Shown here: piece after piece, positions 17,614 to 25,267 of the stretch
How positions within the stretch are numbered: position 1 is the first letter of the stretch
How the letters are laid out: each line of letters starts with the position of its first letter
Assembly: GCA_041736305.1 (NCBI GenBank)
Contig: JBGSTX010000097.1
Location: 1 to 25,267, forward strand
Direction of reading: 5' to 3'
Origin: Oligoflexus sp.
GTDB lineage: Bacteria > Bdellovibrionota_B > Oligoflexia > Oligoflexales > Oligoflexaceae
DNA length: 25,267 nt
Notes under the pieces: generated by a model
The model's database searches: none
Told to the model about the DNA's origin: nothing
What the model saw: only the letters and a program-made list of their open reading frames with translations
Program-made: the position numbers and the translations under genes

Positions 17614-19398
17614 ATGTTGGATCAAAGTAAAAAGGCTAAAGAGAAAGCTAGAGAAAGCAGATCTTTCGACCTGCGGAGCTTTCTTTTTACCGATCCCCCC
17701 AGTTTCCTCCGACCTATTCTTAACTTTGGCATAAATGCACAAGGCCCTCAAAGAGACCATGCCCATGGCCGATTGATCGCTGCTCTTTCTCTAGTCGGCA
17801 TTTTGATTTGCATCACCTATGTAAGCTTGTACCTCATCCGCTTTGGGATCTATTTTGCGATCGCGGACAGTCTAGCTGGGTTATTATACCTGTCAAATTT
17901 CTATTGGCTCCGGCAAGGGAACTTTGCCGTACCTCCAAGGATACTCCTGGCGGTTGCGAATGCTCAAGTTGTGGTTGGAATGCTCGTCCTGGGCCCCAAA
18001 TCAGATCTTTCGCTCTACGGAATCCTGCTTGGATTTGGAGCTTTCATTCTTCTCACAAATACTTCCGCACTCGAGAAATGGAGCTGGGGTTCTTTAAGCT
18101 TTGGGATTTATCTTTTCGGCTTTTTCGCCAAAGAAACGTTTGAATTCGGCATTCTTTTACAGCCGGATCTCCCAAGCTGGTATCCCTGGACTTCGCGAGC
18201 GGGGGCTTTCATCGTCTGTTTGTTTGTTATGAACCTCATTATTGAGGCGAAAAACCACAGCCTAGCCGATCTCGAGCACAATAAGGAACTCATGGATCAA
18301 GCGCAGAAGGTGGCAAATTTCGGGAGCTTTCATACCCATCTGAACTCAAAGAAAATCGTCTGGTCTGATGAATTGTACCGAATCTATGGGCTTGCCCCGG
18401 AAGTAATGCCAAAGGATCTTTTTGGACTCGAAATGGTCCACCCAGAAGACCAGCCATTTCTTTCAGAAAAAATCAAACAACTGAGTTCGCTTAGCTTGCC
18501 TCAGCAATTTGAATACCGGGTTTTAAAGGGTTCACAAACCCTCTACTTGCGCGTTTCACTTGATGCCGAGCATGATAAGCTGGGTGATCTAACGGGTTTC
18601 CATGGTGCCTGCCAAAACATAACTCACGAAAAAGAAGTGGATCAAACGCTCAAAGATCAGCAGGCAAAAATTTTGTCTGCTTCGAAGCTTTCGGCTCTAG
18701 GCGAGATGGCAGGTGGGATCGCCCACGAGATCAATAATCCTCTCACAATAATCACCGGTAAAGCCCGCCAGGTCAAAGTTCGATTGAACAATGGAGTCGA
18801 TGCTAAAACGCTGGTTGGGGACCTAGACCTCATTGAGGCGACGGCCTTTCGTATTGCGAAGATCGTACAAGGAATGCGGTCTTTTTCGAGGGATGGGACT
18901 AAAGATCCTCCCATTGAAATGGCAGTTTTAGCGATTTTGGATGATACTCTTTCCTTATGCCAGGATCGCATGAGATTACATAATGTTAAACTGGTGGTGA
19001 AGAACCCTAGTGGAGAAATTCGCTTACTCTCGCGTCCCGTTCAGATTTCTCAGGTCTTGATAAATCTCATTAACAATGCGTTCGATGCGATTGAATCTCT
19101 AGGCAGCGAAGATAGATGGATTCAAGTCGAGCACTTCAGCGTTGACACCCGCCTCATTTTAAAAATATCGAACGGCGGCCCAAAGATTCCAGAATTTATC
19201 GTTGCGAACATCATGAAACCCTTCTTTACCACCAAGCCGCCAGGCAAGGGAACAGGTCTTGGCCTGGCTATCAGTCGAGGTATCATCGATGATCATGGCG
19301 GCCGCCTCTATATTGACAAAGACGAGACTTACACAACTTTTGTCATTGAAATGGATTTGAAACCTAGCTCAGAATCTCCTCTGTTTAAAAGCGCCTAA
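17614..19398 (+). CDS. Membrane-bound PAS-domain sensor histidine kinase (NtrB-like core)
   Basis: About 5-6 N-terminal TM helices, PAS_3-like segment [10 protein letters not shown]...VHPED, H-box [14 protein letters not shown]-box [10 protein letters not shown]-box PFFTTK and G2 GTGLGL. The start is uncertain (17566 or 17614). Confidence 0.92.
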   Translation: MLDQSKKAKEKARESRSFDLRSFLFTDPPSFLRPILNFGINAQGPQRDHAHGRLIAALSLVGILICITYVSLYLIRFGIYFAIADSLAGLLYLSNFYWLRQGNFAVPPRILLAVANAQVVVGMLVLGPKSDLSLYGILLGFGAFILLTNTSALEKWSWGSLSFGIYLFGFFAKETFEFGILLQPDLPSWYPWTSRAGAFIVCLFVMNLIIEAKNHSLADLEHNKELMDQAQKVANFGSFHTHLNSKKIVWSDELYRIYGLAPEVMPKDLFGLEMVHPEDQPFLSEKIKQLSSLSLPQQFEYRVLKGSQTLYLRVSLDAEHDKLGDLTGFHGACQNITHEKEVDQTLKDQQAKILSASKLSALGEMAGGIAHEINNPLTIITGKARQVKVRLNNGVDAKTLVGDLDLIEATAFRIAKIVQGMRSFSRDGTKDPPIEMAVLAILDDTLSLCQDRMRLHNVKLVVKNPSGEIRLLSRPVQISQVLINLINNAFDAIESLGSEDRWIQVEHFSVDTRLILKISNGGPKIPEFIVANIMKPFFTTKPPGKGTGLGLAISRGIIDDHGGRLYIDKDETYTTFVIEMDLKPSSESPLFKSA

Positions 19399-19471
19399 GT
19401 TTCGTTGATTCAGCCGCGATCGCATTTGATATTGAGTTTTAGAAAGATATTTTCATTGTAGAGAAAGAGGA

Positions 19472-19546
19472 TGGCGGCCCCAACAGGAATCGAACCTGTA
19501 TCTAACCCTTAGGAAGGGCTTATTCTATCCGTTGAACTATGGAGCC
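19472..19546 (-). tRNA. tRNA-Arg (anticodon CCT)
   Basis: The - strand reads GGCTCCATAGTTCAACGGATAGAATAAGCCCTTCCTAAGGGTTAGATACAGGTTCGATTCCTGTTGGGGCCGCCA. It has a 7-bp acceptor stem, anticodon loop TT-CCT-AA, GGTTCGATT T-arm and an encoded CCA. Confidence 0.96.
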
Positions 19547-19585
19547 AACCGGCGAAACTTACACCAAGCAGTGAAACTTCGCCAG

Positions 19586-19606
19586 AAAAAACCTGCCCTT
19601 TCGGGC
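19586..19606 (-). terminator. Intrinsic terminator after pdhC
   Basis: On the - strand GCCC-GAAA-GGGC (GNRA tetraloop) is followed by AGG-TTTTTT. Confidence 0.55.
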
Positions 19607-19612
19607 GCTTTA

Positions 19613-20884
19613 TCAAGACAAAATCAATAGAGGATCTTCGAGGTAGGCGGCTAGAGTTTGGAGAAAACTTGCCCCTACCGCACCGTCGACGACCCGGTGA
19701 TCGCACGATAGCGTCATAGTCATCCGAGGCTGGACAAGCACTACACCTTCAGCACCAACCCATGGCGTAGGTATTGTTGCACCAACGGCCAAAATAGCTG
19801 CTTGAGGTGGATTTATGATGGCTGTGAAATGCTCAATTCCCATCATTCCCAAATTCGAGATTGAGAACGTCCCGCCCTGATACTCTTCGGGCTTGAGTTG
19901 GCCTTTTTTGGCCTTCTCAATCAGCTCGCGTGACTGCGCAGCTATGTCTCGGGCCCCAAGCTGGTTGGCATTGCTTATGACAGGCGTAATAAGCCCATCG
20001 GGAATAGCTACAGCGATAGCTACATGCACTGCAGCAAAACGGCGAATAGAATCACCCTGCCAGGAAGAGTTCACCTCAGGGTGCTTCACGAGAGCTCGAG
20101 CTGCCGCAAGTACAAGTAGATCGTTGACGCTCACTTTCGGAAGCTTTCTCTCTTCGGCTTCGAGATTGAGGCGAGTCCTCCAATCATTGAAGCGAGTCAT
20201 ATTCACTGAGCGCGTCAGATAGAAGTGAGGAGCTTCGCTCTTCGCCGACTGCAGTCGCTTTGCGATAGTCTTGCGCATCATGCTCAGTGGGAGATCCTGA
20301 TCACCCTTCTGAGGGGCTGCGGCAGGAGCCTTGGCTTCGACGGGAGCTGGCTTCTGGCCTTCTCCTTCGCGCAGGGCATTTTCAATATCGCGCTGAACTA
20401 CGCGTCCTTGAGGACCTGAACCCTCAATCTGATCGAGGCTGAGCTGCTTATCGGCTGCCATCTTTTTCGCTAGAGGTGATGCACGCATACGTTCAGTTGG
20501 ACTTGGCGAACTAGCGGCTGCCCGGGGTTCAGGAGCTTTAGCCTTAGGCTCAGGAGCTGATTCAGCTTTAGCCTTACTAGGCGCTTCGGGTACTGACGTC
20601 GGCTTTCCACTCTTTTGCGTGAGAGCAGCGATATCAACTTTCTCACCCTTTTCGCCAAGAACAGCGATGGGCTGGTTAAGGGGCGATGTCTTGCCGGCTG
20701 GAACCAGAATCTTAAGCAGGTAGCCCTCAGCCGGCGAGTTATATTCCATCGTCGCCTTATCGGTTTCAATCTCGACGAAGGCCTCACCCTCTTCGATGAA
20801 TTCGCCTTCTTTTTTTAGCCAGGAAGCGATTCCACCTTCTTCCATGGTGTCGCTCAGCTTGGGCATTTCTATAATTTCAGCCAT
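19613..20884 (-). CDS. pdhC: Pyruvate dehydrogenase E2, dihydrolipoamide acetyltransferase
   Basis: Single lipoyl domain (MPKLSDTM...EIETDKATME), E3-binding domain ASPLAKK...GSGPQGRV and catalytic motif DHRVVDG. Confidence 0.96.
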   Translation of the reverse strand: MAEIIEMPKLSDTMEEGGIASWLKKEGEFIEEGEAFVEIETDKATMEYNSPAEGYLLKILVPAGKTSPLNQPIAVLGEKGEKVDIAALTQKSGKPTSVPEAPSKAKAESAPEPKAKAPEPRAAASSPSPTERMRASPLAKKMAADKQLSLDQIEGSGPQGRVVQRDIENALREGEGQKPAPVEAKAPAAAPQKGDQDLPLSMMRKTIAKRLQSAKSEAPHFYLTRSVNMTRFNDWRTRLNLEAEERKLPKVSVNDLLVLAAARALVKHPEVNSSWQGDSIRRFAAVHVAIAVAIPDGLITPVISNANQLGARDIAAQSRELIEKAKKGQLKPEEYQGGTFSISNLGMMGIEHFTAIINPPQAAILAVGATIPTPWVGAEGVVLVQPRMTMTLSCDHRVVDGAVGASFLQTLAAYLEDPLLILS

Positions 20885-20928
20885 GATTCAGATCCTCGCT
20901 TACTTGGTGCGCGCGTCTTTTTTCTGCG

Positions 20929-21906
20929 TCAGATGTAAAGGACTTCTCTAATAGCCTGGACGATTCGATCGACCTGGGGCACCACATGATGCTCTTGATT
21001 CTCGTTGTAAGGCATCGGCACAAACTCGTTTGTTACGCGGCTAATTGGCGCGTCGAGTTCGTCGAAGCATTCTTTCTGAACGCGATCCGCAATCTGCGCT
21101 CCGACCGAGCCAAATGACCAGGTTTCTTCCACAATGACCAGTCGATGAGTCTTGCGGACTGATGCAAAAATCAAGTCTTCGTCGAGGGGTAGGAGGGTAC
21201 GTGGATCAAGAACTTCTACTTCAATGCCCTCTTTAGCCAGGACTTCCGCCGCTTCTAACGATTTATGCAAAATTTTGTTCCAGGCAATGAGGGTCACGTG
21301 ACTCCCCTCTCGCTTGATATCCCCGACACCCAGTGGAATTACGTATTCGCCCTCCGGAACTTCGCCCTTGAAGCCGTACATCATTTCGCTTTCAAGAAAC
21401 AAGACTGGGTTATTGTCTCGGATCGCCGACTTCAATAGTCCCTTTGCATCGTAGGGTGTCGCGACGCTTACGACTTTGACTCCTGGAACATTGGTTAGCA
21501 TCGGTTCGTAGGCGTGGCTGTGCTGAGCACCTAACATGTGGGCAGCACCATTGGGGCCGCGGAACACGATCGGAATATTGAATTGTCCGCCAGACATATA
21601 AAGCATTTTTGCTGCGTGATTAAATATTTGGTCAAAGGCTTGAATGCCGAAGTTCCAGGTCATAAATTCAACCACGGGCCGTAGCCCGACCATAGCGGCA
21701 CCAATTCCGAGACCTGCAAAGCCACCTTCGGATATAGGTGCATCCCATACGCGTTTGGGGCCGAATCGATCGAGTAGACCCTTCGACACTTTATAAGCGC
21801 CGTTGTATAGCCCGACTTCTTCACCCATCAAAAATACTTTATTATCGCGATCCATCTCTTCAGCCATTGCCTGACCAAGAGCTTCGCGCATCGTTAAACT
21901 AGGCAT
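20929..21906 (-). CDS. pdhB: Pyruvate dehydrogenase E1 beta subunit
   Basis: Motifs VFLMGEEVG.YNGAYKVSKGL, PISE.GFAG, EFMTWNF and GAQHS. AAGGAG SD. Confidence 0.96.
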   Translation of the reverse strand: MPSLTMREALGQAMAEEMDRDNKVFLMGEEVGLYNGAYKVSKGLLDRFGPKRVWDAPISEGGFAGLGIGAAMVGLRPVVEFMTWNFGIQAFDQIFNHAAKMLYMSGGQFNIPIVFRGPNGAAHMLGAQHSHAYEPMLTNVPGVKVVSVATPYDAKGLLKSAIRDNNPVLFLESEMMYGFKGEVPEGEYVIPLGVGDIKREGSHVTLIAWNKILHKSLEAAEVLAKEGIEVEVLDPRTLLPLDEDLIFASVRKTHRLVIVEETWSFGSVGAQIADRVQKECFDELDAPISRVTNEFVPMPYNENQEHHVVPQVDRIVQAIREVLYI

Positions 21907-21954
21907 TTATCAGACTCCTTCTGTCTCTGCATCCGCTTCTGCTTCTGCTGATAA

Positions 21955-22974
21955 TCAATCGACGAGGACGTGCTCCCAGAGCTCTTCCACTGGAGGATTG
22001 GGCGAAGCATCGGCGAATTCCTCGGCCTCTTTGCACTTTTCCTTTGCCTCTTTATCCCAGGCTTTGAGCTCCTCCTCGGACGCCATTTTTTGCTCGAGGA
22101 GATATCTTTCCAACTGGATTATAGGATCACGATTCTTCTGGTAATCTTCGACTTCTTCCTTGCTTCGGTAAGTTCCGGGATCCGAAACGGAATGACCGCG
22201 ATAACGGTAGGTGAGAGCTTCAAGGAGGTGTGGCTTCTTGTCGCGGCGCATCTGCTCAACGATACCGGAAACGTGCTCATAGACGGCTAGAACGTTCATG
22301 CCGTCGATATCCGAATGGGTCATATCGAAAGCCTGAGCTCGCTTCCAAAGATGGTCAACCGAGGTGGTCCTACGGATATCGGTGCCCATGCCGTATTTAT
22401 TATTTTCGATGATAAAGAGCACCGGTAAATCCCAGGTTGCAGCCATATTCATCGCTTCGAAAAATTGCCCCTGATTAGAAGCTGCATCCCCGAGATAGCA
22501 GACGCAGACATCATTTTCGTTACTGTAGCGAATCTTGAAGCCGACACCCGCTGCAATCGGACATTGCCCACCGACGATTCCATGCCCGCCTAGGAAACGC
22601 TTTTCCTTGCTGAACATGTGCATCGACCCACCTTTGCCCCGGCAGCACCCATCGACTTTACCGAAGAGTTCTGCCATCACTGCTGACGGACTGATTCCCT
22701 TGCCGATGGCTTGTGTATGAGAGCGATAGCCGCTGATCATATAGTCGCTCTCGCGCAGAGCTCCTTGGACTCCCACTGCCAAACCTTCTTGGCCAATATG
22801 AAGATGGCAGAATCCGGAGAATTTCTGCTTGGTGTAAGCAAGTCCAACCCGCTCTTCGAAGCGCCTGAAAAGGCACATCTGCTTGTGCATACTCACCAGC
22901 AGAGCCTTATCGTATGGCAGCTTTTTTTTCGCGCTCATTTTTTGCCCTTGATCGAAAACTTGTAAATTAGCCAA
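21955..22974 (-). CDS. pdhA: Pyruvate dehydrogenase E1 alpha subunit
   Basis: Motifs GFCHLHIGQE, GKGGSMH, TPP-binding GDAASNQGQ...ENN and YRGHSVSDP. The TTG start lies 6 nt after GAGGAG. Confidence 0.96.
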   Translation of the reverse strand: MANLQVFDQGQKMSAKKKLPYDKALLVSMHKQMCLFRRFEERVGLAYTKQKFSGFCHLHIGQEGLAVGVQGALRESDYMISGYRSHTQAIGKGISPSAVMAELFGKVDGCCRGKGGSMHMFSKEKRFLGGHGIVGGQCPIAAGVGFKIRYSNENDVCVCYLGDAASNQGQFFEAMNMAATWDLPVLFIIENNKYGMGTDIRRTTSVDHLWKRAQAFDMTHSDIDGMNVLAVYEHVSGIVEQMRRDKKPHLLEALTYRYRGHSVSDPGTYRSKEEVEDYQKNRDPIIQLERYLLEQKMASEEELKAWDKEAKEKCKEAEEFADASPNPPVEELWEHVLVD

Positions 22975-23016
22975 AAGCTACTCCTCACTCATGCATTCTA
23001 AATGCATGAAAGAACT

Positions 23017-23054
23017 AAAAAGGTCACGCTTGGGCTCTCCCTCTTCGCAAGCGT
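23017..23054 (-). terminator. Probable terminator between fabF and pdhA
   Basis: On the - strand an ACGCTTG...CAAGCGT stem is followed by GACCTTTTT. Confidence 0.45.
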
Positions 23055-23067
23055 AGAAAATTCACAA

Positions 23068-24300
23068 CTAGCTGAAGGCTCGAATCGCAATGGTCGCATT
23101 AGTACCACCGAATCCAAAAGAATTGGAGAGAGCTAAACGGATTCTGCGTTCACGCGCTTCGCGTGGGGTATAATTCAGCGGGCACTTCGGGTCTGGAGTC
23201 TCATAGTTGGCCGTGGGCGGCACCAGACTCCGATGAATAGCCATAGTTGTATAAACCGCCTCTATCCCCCCAGCAGCACCGAGGCAGTGCCCGGTTACCC
23301 CCTTGGTTGAAGAGATGGAAACGCTTTGGGCAGCAGAACCGAAGAGGTCCATGATCGCTTCGCTTTCGTACTGATCGTTCAGAGGCGTTGCGGTCCCGTG
23401 GGCGTTGATGTAGTCGACGGCATCGGGTGCTGCCCCTGCACTCTGCAGAGCCATTGCCATAGCCCGGTACCCACCCTCCCCGCGCTCAGGGGGGGCCGTG
23501 ATATGATAAGCATCGCCCGAGACACCATAGCCGACCAGCTCGGCATAAATATGGGCGCCGCGACGCCGAGCATGCTCGAGTTCCTCTATGACTAAAATCC
23601 CAGCTCCTTCGCCCATCACAAAACCATCGCGGTCAAGGTCGAAGGGTCGCGAGGCGTGAGCAGGATCATCATTTTGAGTGCTGAGTGCTTTGAGTGCCGC
23701 AAAAGAAGCAATGCCGAGCGGACAAATTGCACTTTCTGCTCCGCCGCAAATAAAAGCATCGACGGCCCCACGTTTGATCCATTCATACGCTTCCCCGATC
23801 GCGTGGGTTCCACTCGAGCAGGCGGTCGTGGGGCAGATGTTAGGTCCTTTCAGACCGTGCTGAATGGAAACGAAACCGGCAGCCATATTGGGAATAGAAA
23901 AAGGAATAAAGAAAGGGGAAATACGTTTTTCGCCACGTTCGGCGAGAAGCAAGGCGTTGGCCTCGATATCCTGCAGGCCTCCCATGCCTACGCCGATGAT
24001 ACAACCGTAACGTTCAGGTGCTTTCGACACGTCCAGTCCACTGTCGTTCATAGCTTCATGGGCTGCCATAGTCGCAAAACTCACAAAGCGAGAAAGACGC
24101 CTTTCATCCTTAGGATCGACGATACCAGCCAATGACAAATTCTTCACTTCACCAGCGATCTGCACGCGATAGGAACTAGGGTCGTATAAGCTGATCCGGG
24201 CAATGCCCGACCTACCAGCAAGGGCTGCATCCCATGCATCTTGCACGTTGTTTCCCGTTGGAGCGACCAATCCGAGTCCTGTGATGACGACGCGTCTCAT
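23068..24300 (-). CDS. fabF: 3-oxoacyl-ACP synthase II
   Basis: Motifs RRVVITGLG, TACSSG (catalytic Cys), YINAHGT, STKGVTGHCLGAAG and SNSFGFGGTNA. Confidence 0.96.
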   Translation of the reverse strand: MRRVVITGLGLVAPTGNNVQDAWDAALAGRSGIARISLYDPSSYRVQIAGEVKNLSLAGIVDPKDERRLSRFVSFATMAAHEAMNDSGLDVSKAPERYGCIIGVGMGGLQDIEANALLLAERGEKRISPFFIPFSIPNMAAGFVSIQHGLKGPNICPTTACSSGTHAIGEAYEWIKRGAVDAFICGGAESAICPLGIASFAALKALSTQNDDPAHASRPFDLDRDGFVMGEGAGILVIEELEHARRRGAHIYAELVGYGVSGDAYHITAPPERGEGGYRAMAMALQSAGAAPDAVDYINAHGTATPLNDQYESEAIMDLFGSAAQSVSISSTKGVTGHCLGAAGGIEAVYTTMAIHRSLVPPTANYETPDPKCPLNYTPREARERRIRLALSNSFGFGGTNATIAIRAFS

Positions 24301-24424
24301 GGCTCTACCTTCTCGTGCTAGAGGGGGTCACGGCCCCCGTAACCCAGTTTTCCCTATACTTCACGCGTGGAGCGAAACATCCCAGTCTTATCATTCTTGG
24401 GAGGGCTCGACTAGAGATCAGTTG

Positions 24425-25267
24425 TTAGCTTGGCCCCGGCTGTGATCGCTTCCTCGCATTGCGACTCAAGCGTCTAAGCAGATGAATGTGACGTAGTTCA
24501 AAAACCGATTCAGATGGTGGTAAGCGGTTCTTTTGATAGAGCAGAAAAGCTGCAAAAACAGTGAGAAAGAGGTTAGGTAACCAGGCGCTGAGTGGGGCAG
24601 CGAGATAACCTTTCTCGGCTAAAAATTTGAATGACATCATAACTACGTAACCCAAAACGACTGCGAGCGTGGCGGCCAAAAAGCCATGATTCTTCCCGCG
24701 CCGATCATCGCTAATTCCAAACACCATCGCCGATAGCGCAAAAAAGACGCATGCAAATGGCATGCTAAATCGCTGATGAAAGAGATACCGAGCTTTGTAA
24801 TAAATCTCGCGGTCTTTAGGTTCTTTGCTCTGCCCCATTTTCTCAATGTAGCGCCAAAGCTCACCGGGGCTGTAGGAACGATAATCGCGTTCAACACTGT
24901 CGGAACCAAAAACCTGGTCACGAAATATTCGCAAAAGATCGATTTCGGCTCGCTTGAATTTGACAACCGAGACATCAGCTGTGTTGGGTTTGGTCGTATA
25001 GATGAGCCCATAATCAAATGACATCCGAAGATCACCCGAGTCGACAGACCCGCTAATAGAAGCGGAAGGTGCGAGCAAAGTAAAGTGCTGGCTATGGTTT
25101 TCCCGACCTGGGGCGAGCATAACGTTATCAAAGCGAGAGCGGTCGGGAGAAATATTTTCGGCATAAAGCACATAGCCCAGAAAGTCATCGAGGAAGACTC
25201 CTGCCTTCATACTATAGCGAATCATATTGTCGAGCTCGGCCTGGGTTTTTCGGTGATAGAACTGAAT
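24425..25267 (-). CDS. LptF/LptG family LPS export ABC permease, C-terminal part (5'-truncated by window edge)
   Basis: The frame is open to the window end. A periplasmic beta-rich region is followed by FHQRFSMPFAC.FFAL, three TM helices and the G.L.PLSAWLPN motif. Confidence 0.88.
   Translation of the reverse strand: MQFYHRKTQAELDNMIRYSMKAGVFLDDFLGYVLYAENISPDRSRFDNVMLAPGRENHSQHFTLLAPSASISGSVDSGDLRMSFDYGLIYTTKPNTADVSVVKFKRAEIDLLRIFRDQVFGSDSVERDYRSYSPGELWRYIEKMGQSKEPKDREIYYKARYLFHQRFSMPFACVFFALSAMVFGISDDRRGKNHGFLAATLAVVLGYVVMMSFKFLAEKGYLAAPLSAWLPNLFLTVFAAFLLYQKNRLPPSESVFELRHIHLLRRLSRNARKRSQPGPS

Noticed and set aside
17482..19546. Integrated element at tRNA-Arg with att repeats
   Set aside because: I found no second copy of the tRNA 3' end (TGGCGGCCCCAACAGG on +) in the intergenic regions I inspected, and there is no integrase or phage gene.
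1..25267. CRISPR array, IS elements, rRNA, or alternative genetic code/selenocysteine recoding
   Set aside because: No regularly spaced repeats, transposase or rRNA-like sequence were seen. The recognised genes are intact under code 11, and TGA is used as a normal stop.

Overview
A gene-dense, roughly 50% GC bacterial chromosomal segment made up mostly of housekeeping genes. Gene content and protein style suggest Bdellovibrionota (Oligoflexia-like) or another deltaproteobacterial lineage, but this is inference. In order: 3' end of asd; mnmG; leucine dehydrogenase; an LpoB-family plus COG3014 lipoprotein pair; a + strand run of hypothetical, yggS, prlC, yggT, a pilGHI-like ABC cassette and two small membrane proteins; a - strand TIGR04283 / TIGR04282 / HNH trio; acnA; an orphan PAS histidine kinase; tRNA-Arg(CCU); pdhCBA; fabF; and the 3' part of an LptF/LptG permease. 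I found no mobile element, CRISPR array, prophage or recognisable defence system, and I cannot claim a clearly novel system. The best leads are a strand-polarised structured leader containing an 18-codon uORF (5779-5837), a pilin-less PilGHI-like exporter, the transferase pair linked to an HNH gene with no ArsS/ArsM partner in the window, and an in-frame coding-like tail behind the pdhA stop codon. All family assignments come from motif recognition, not database searches.
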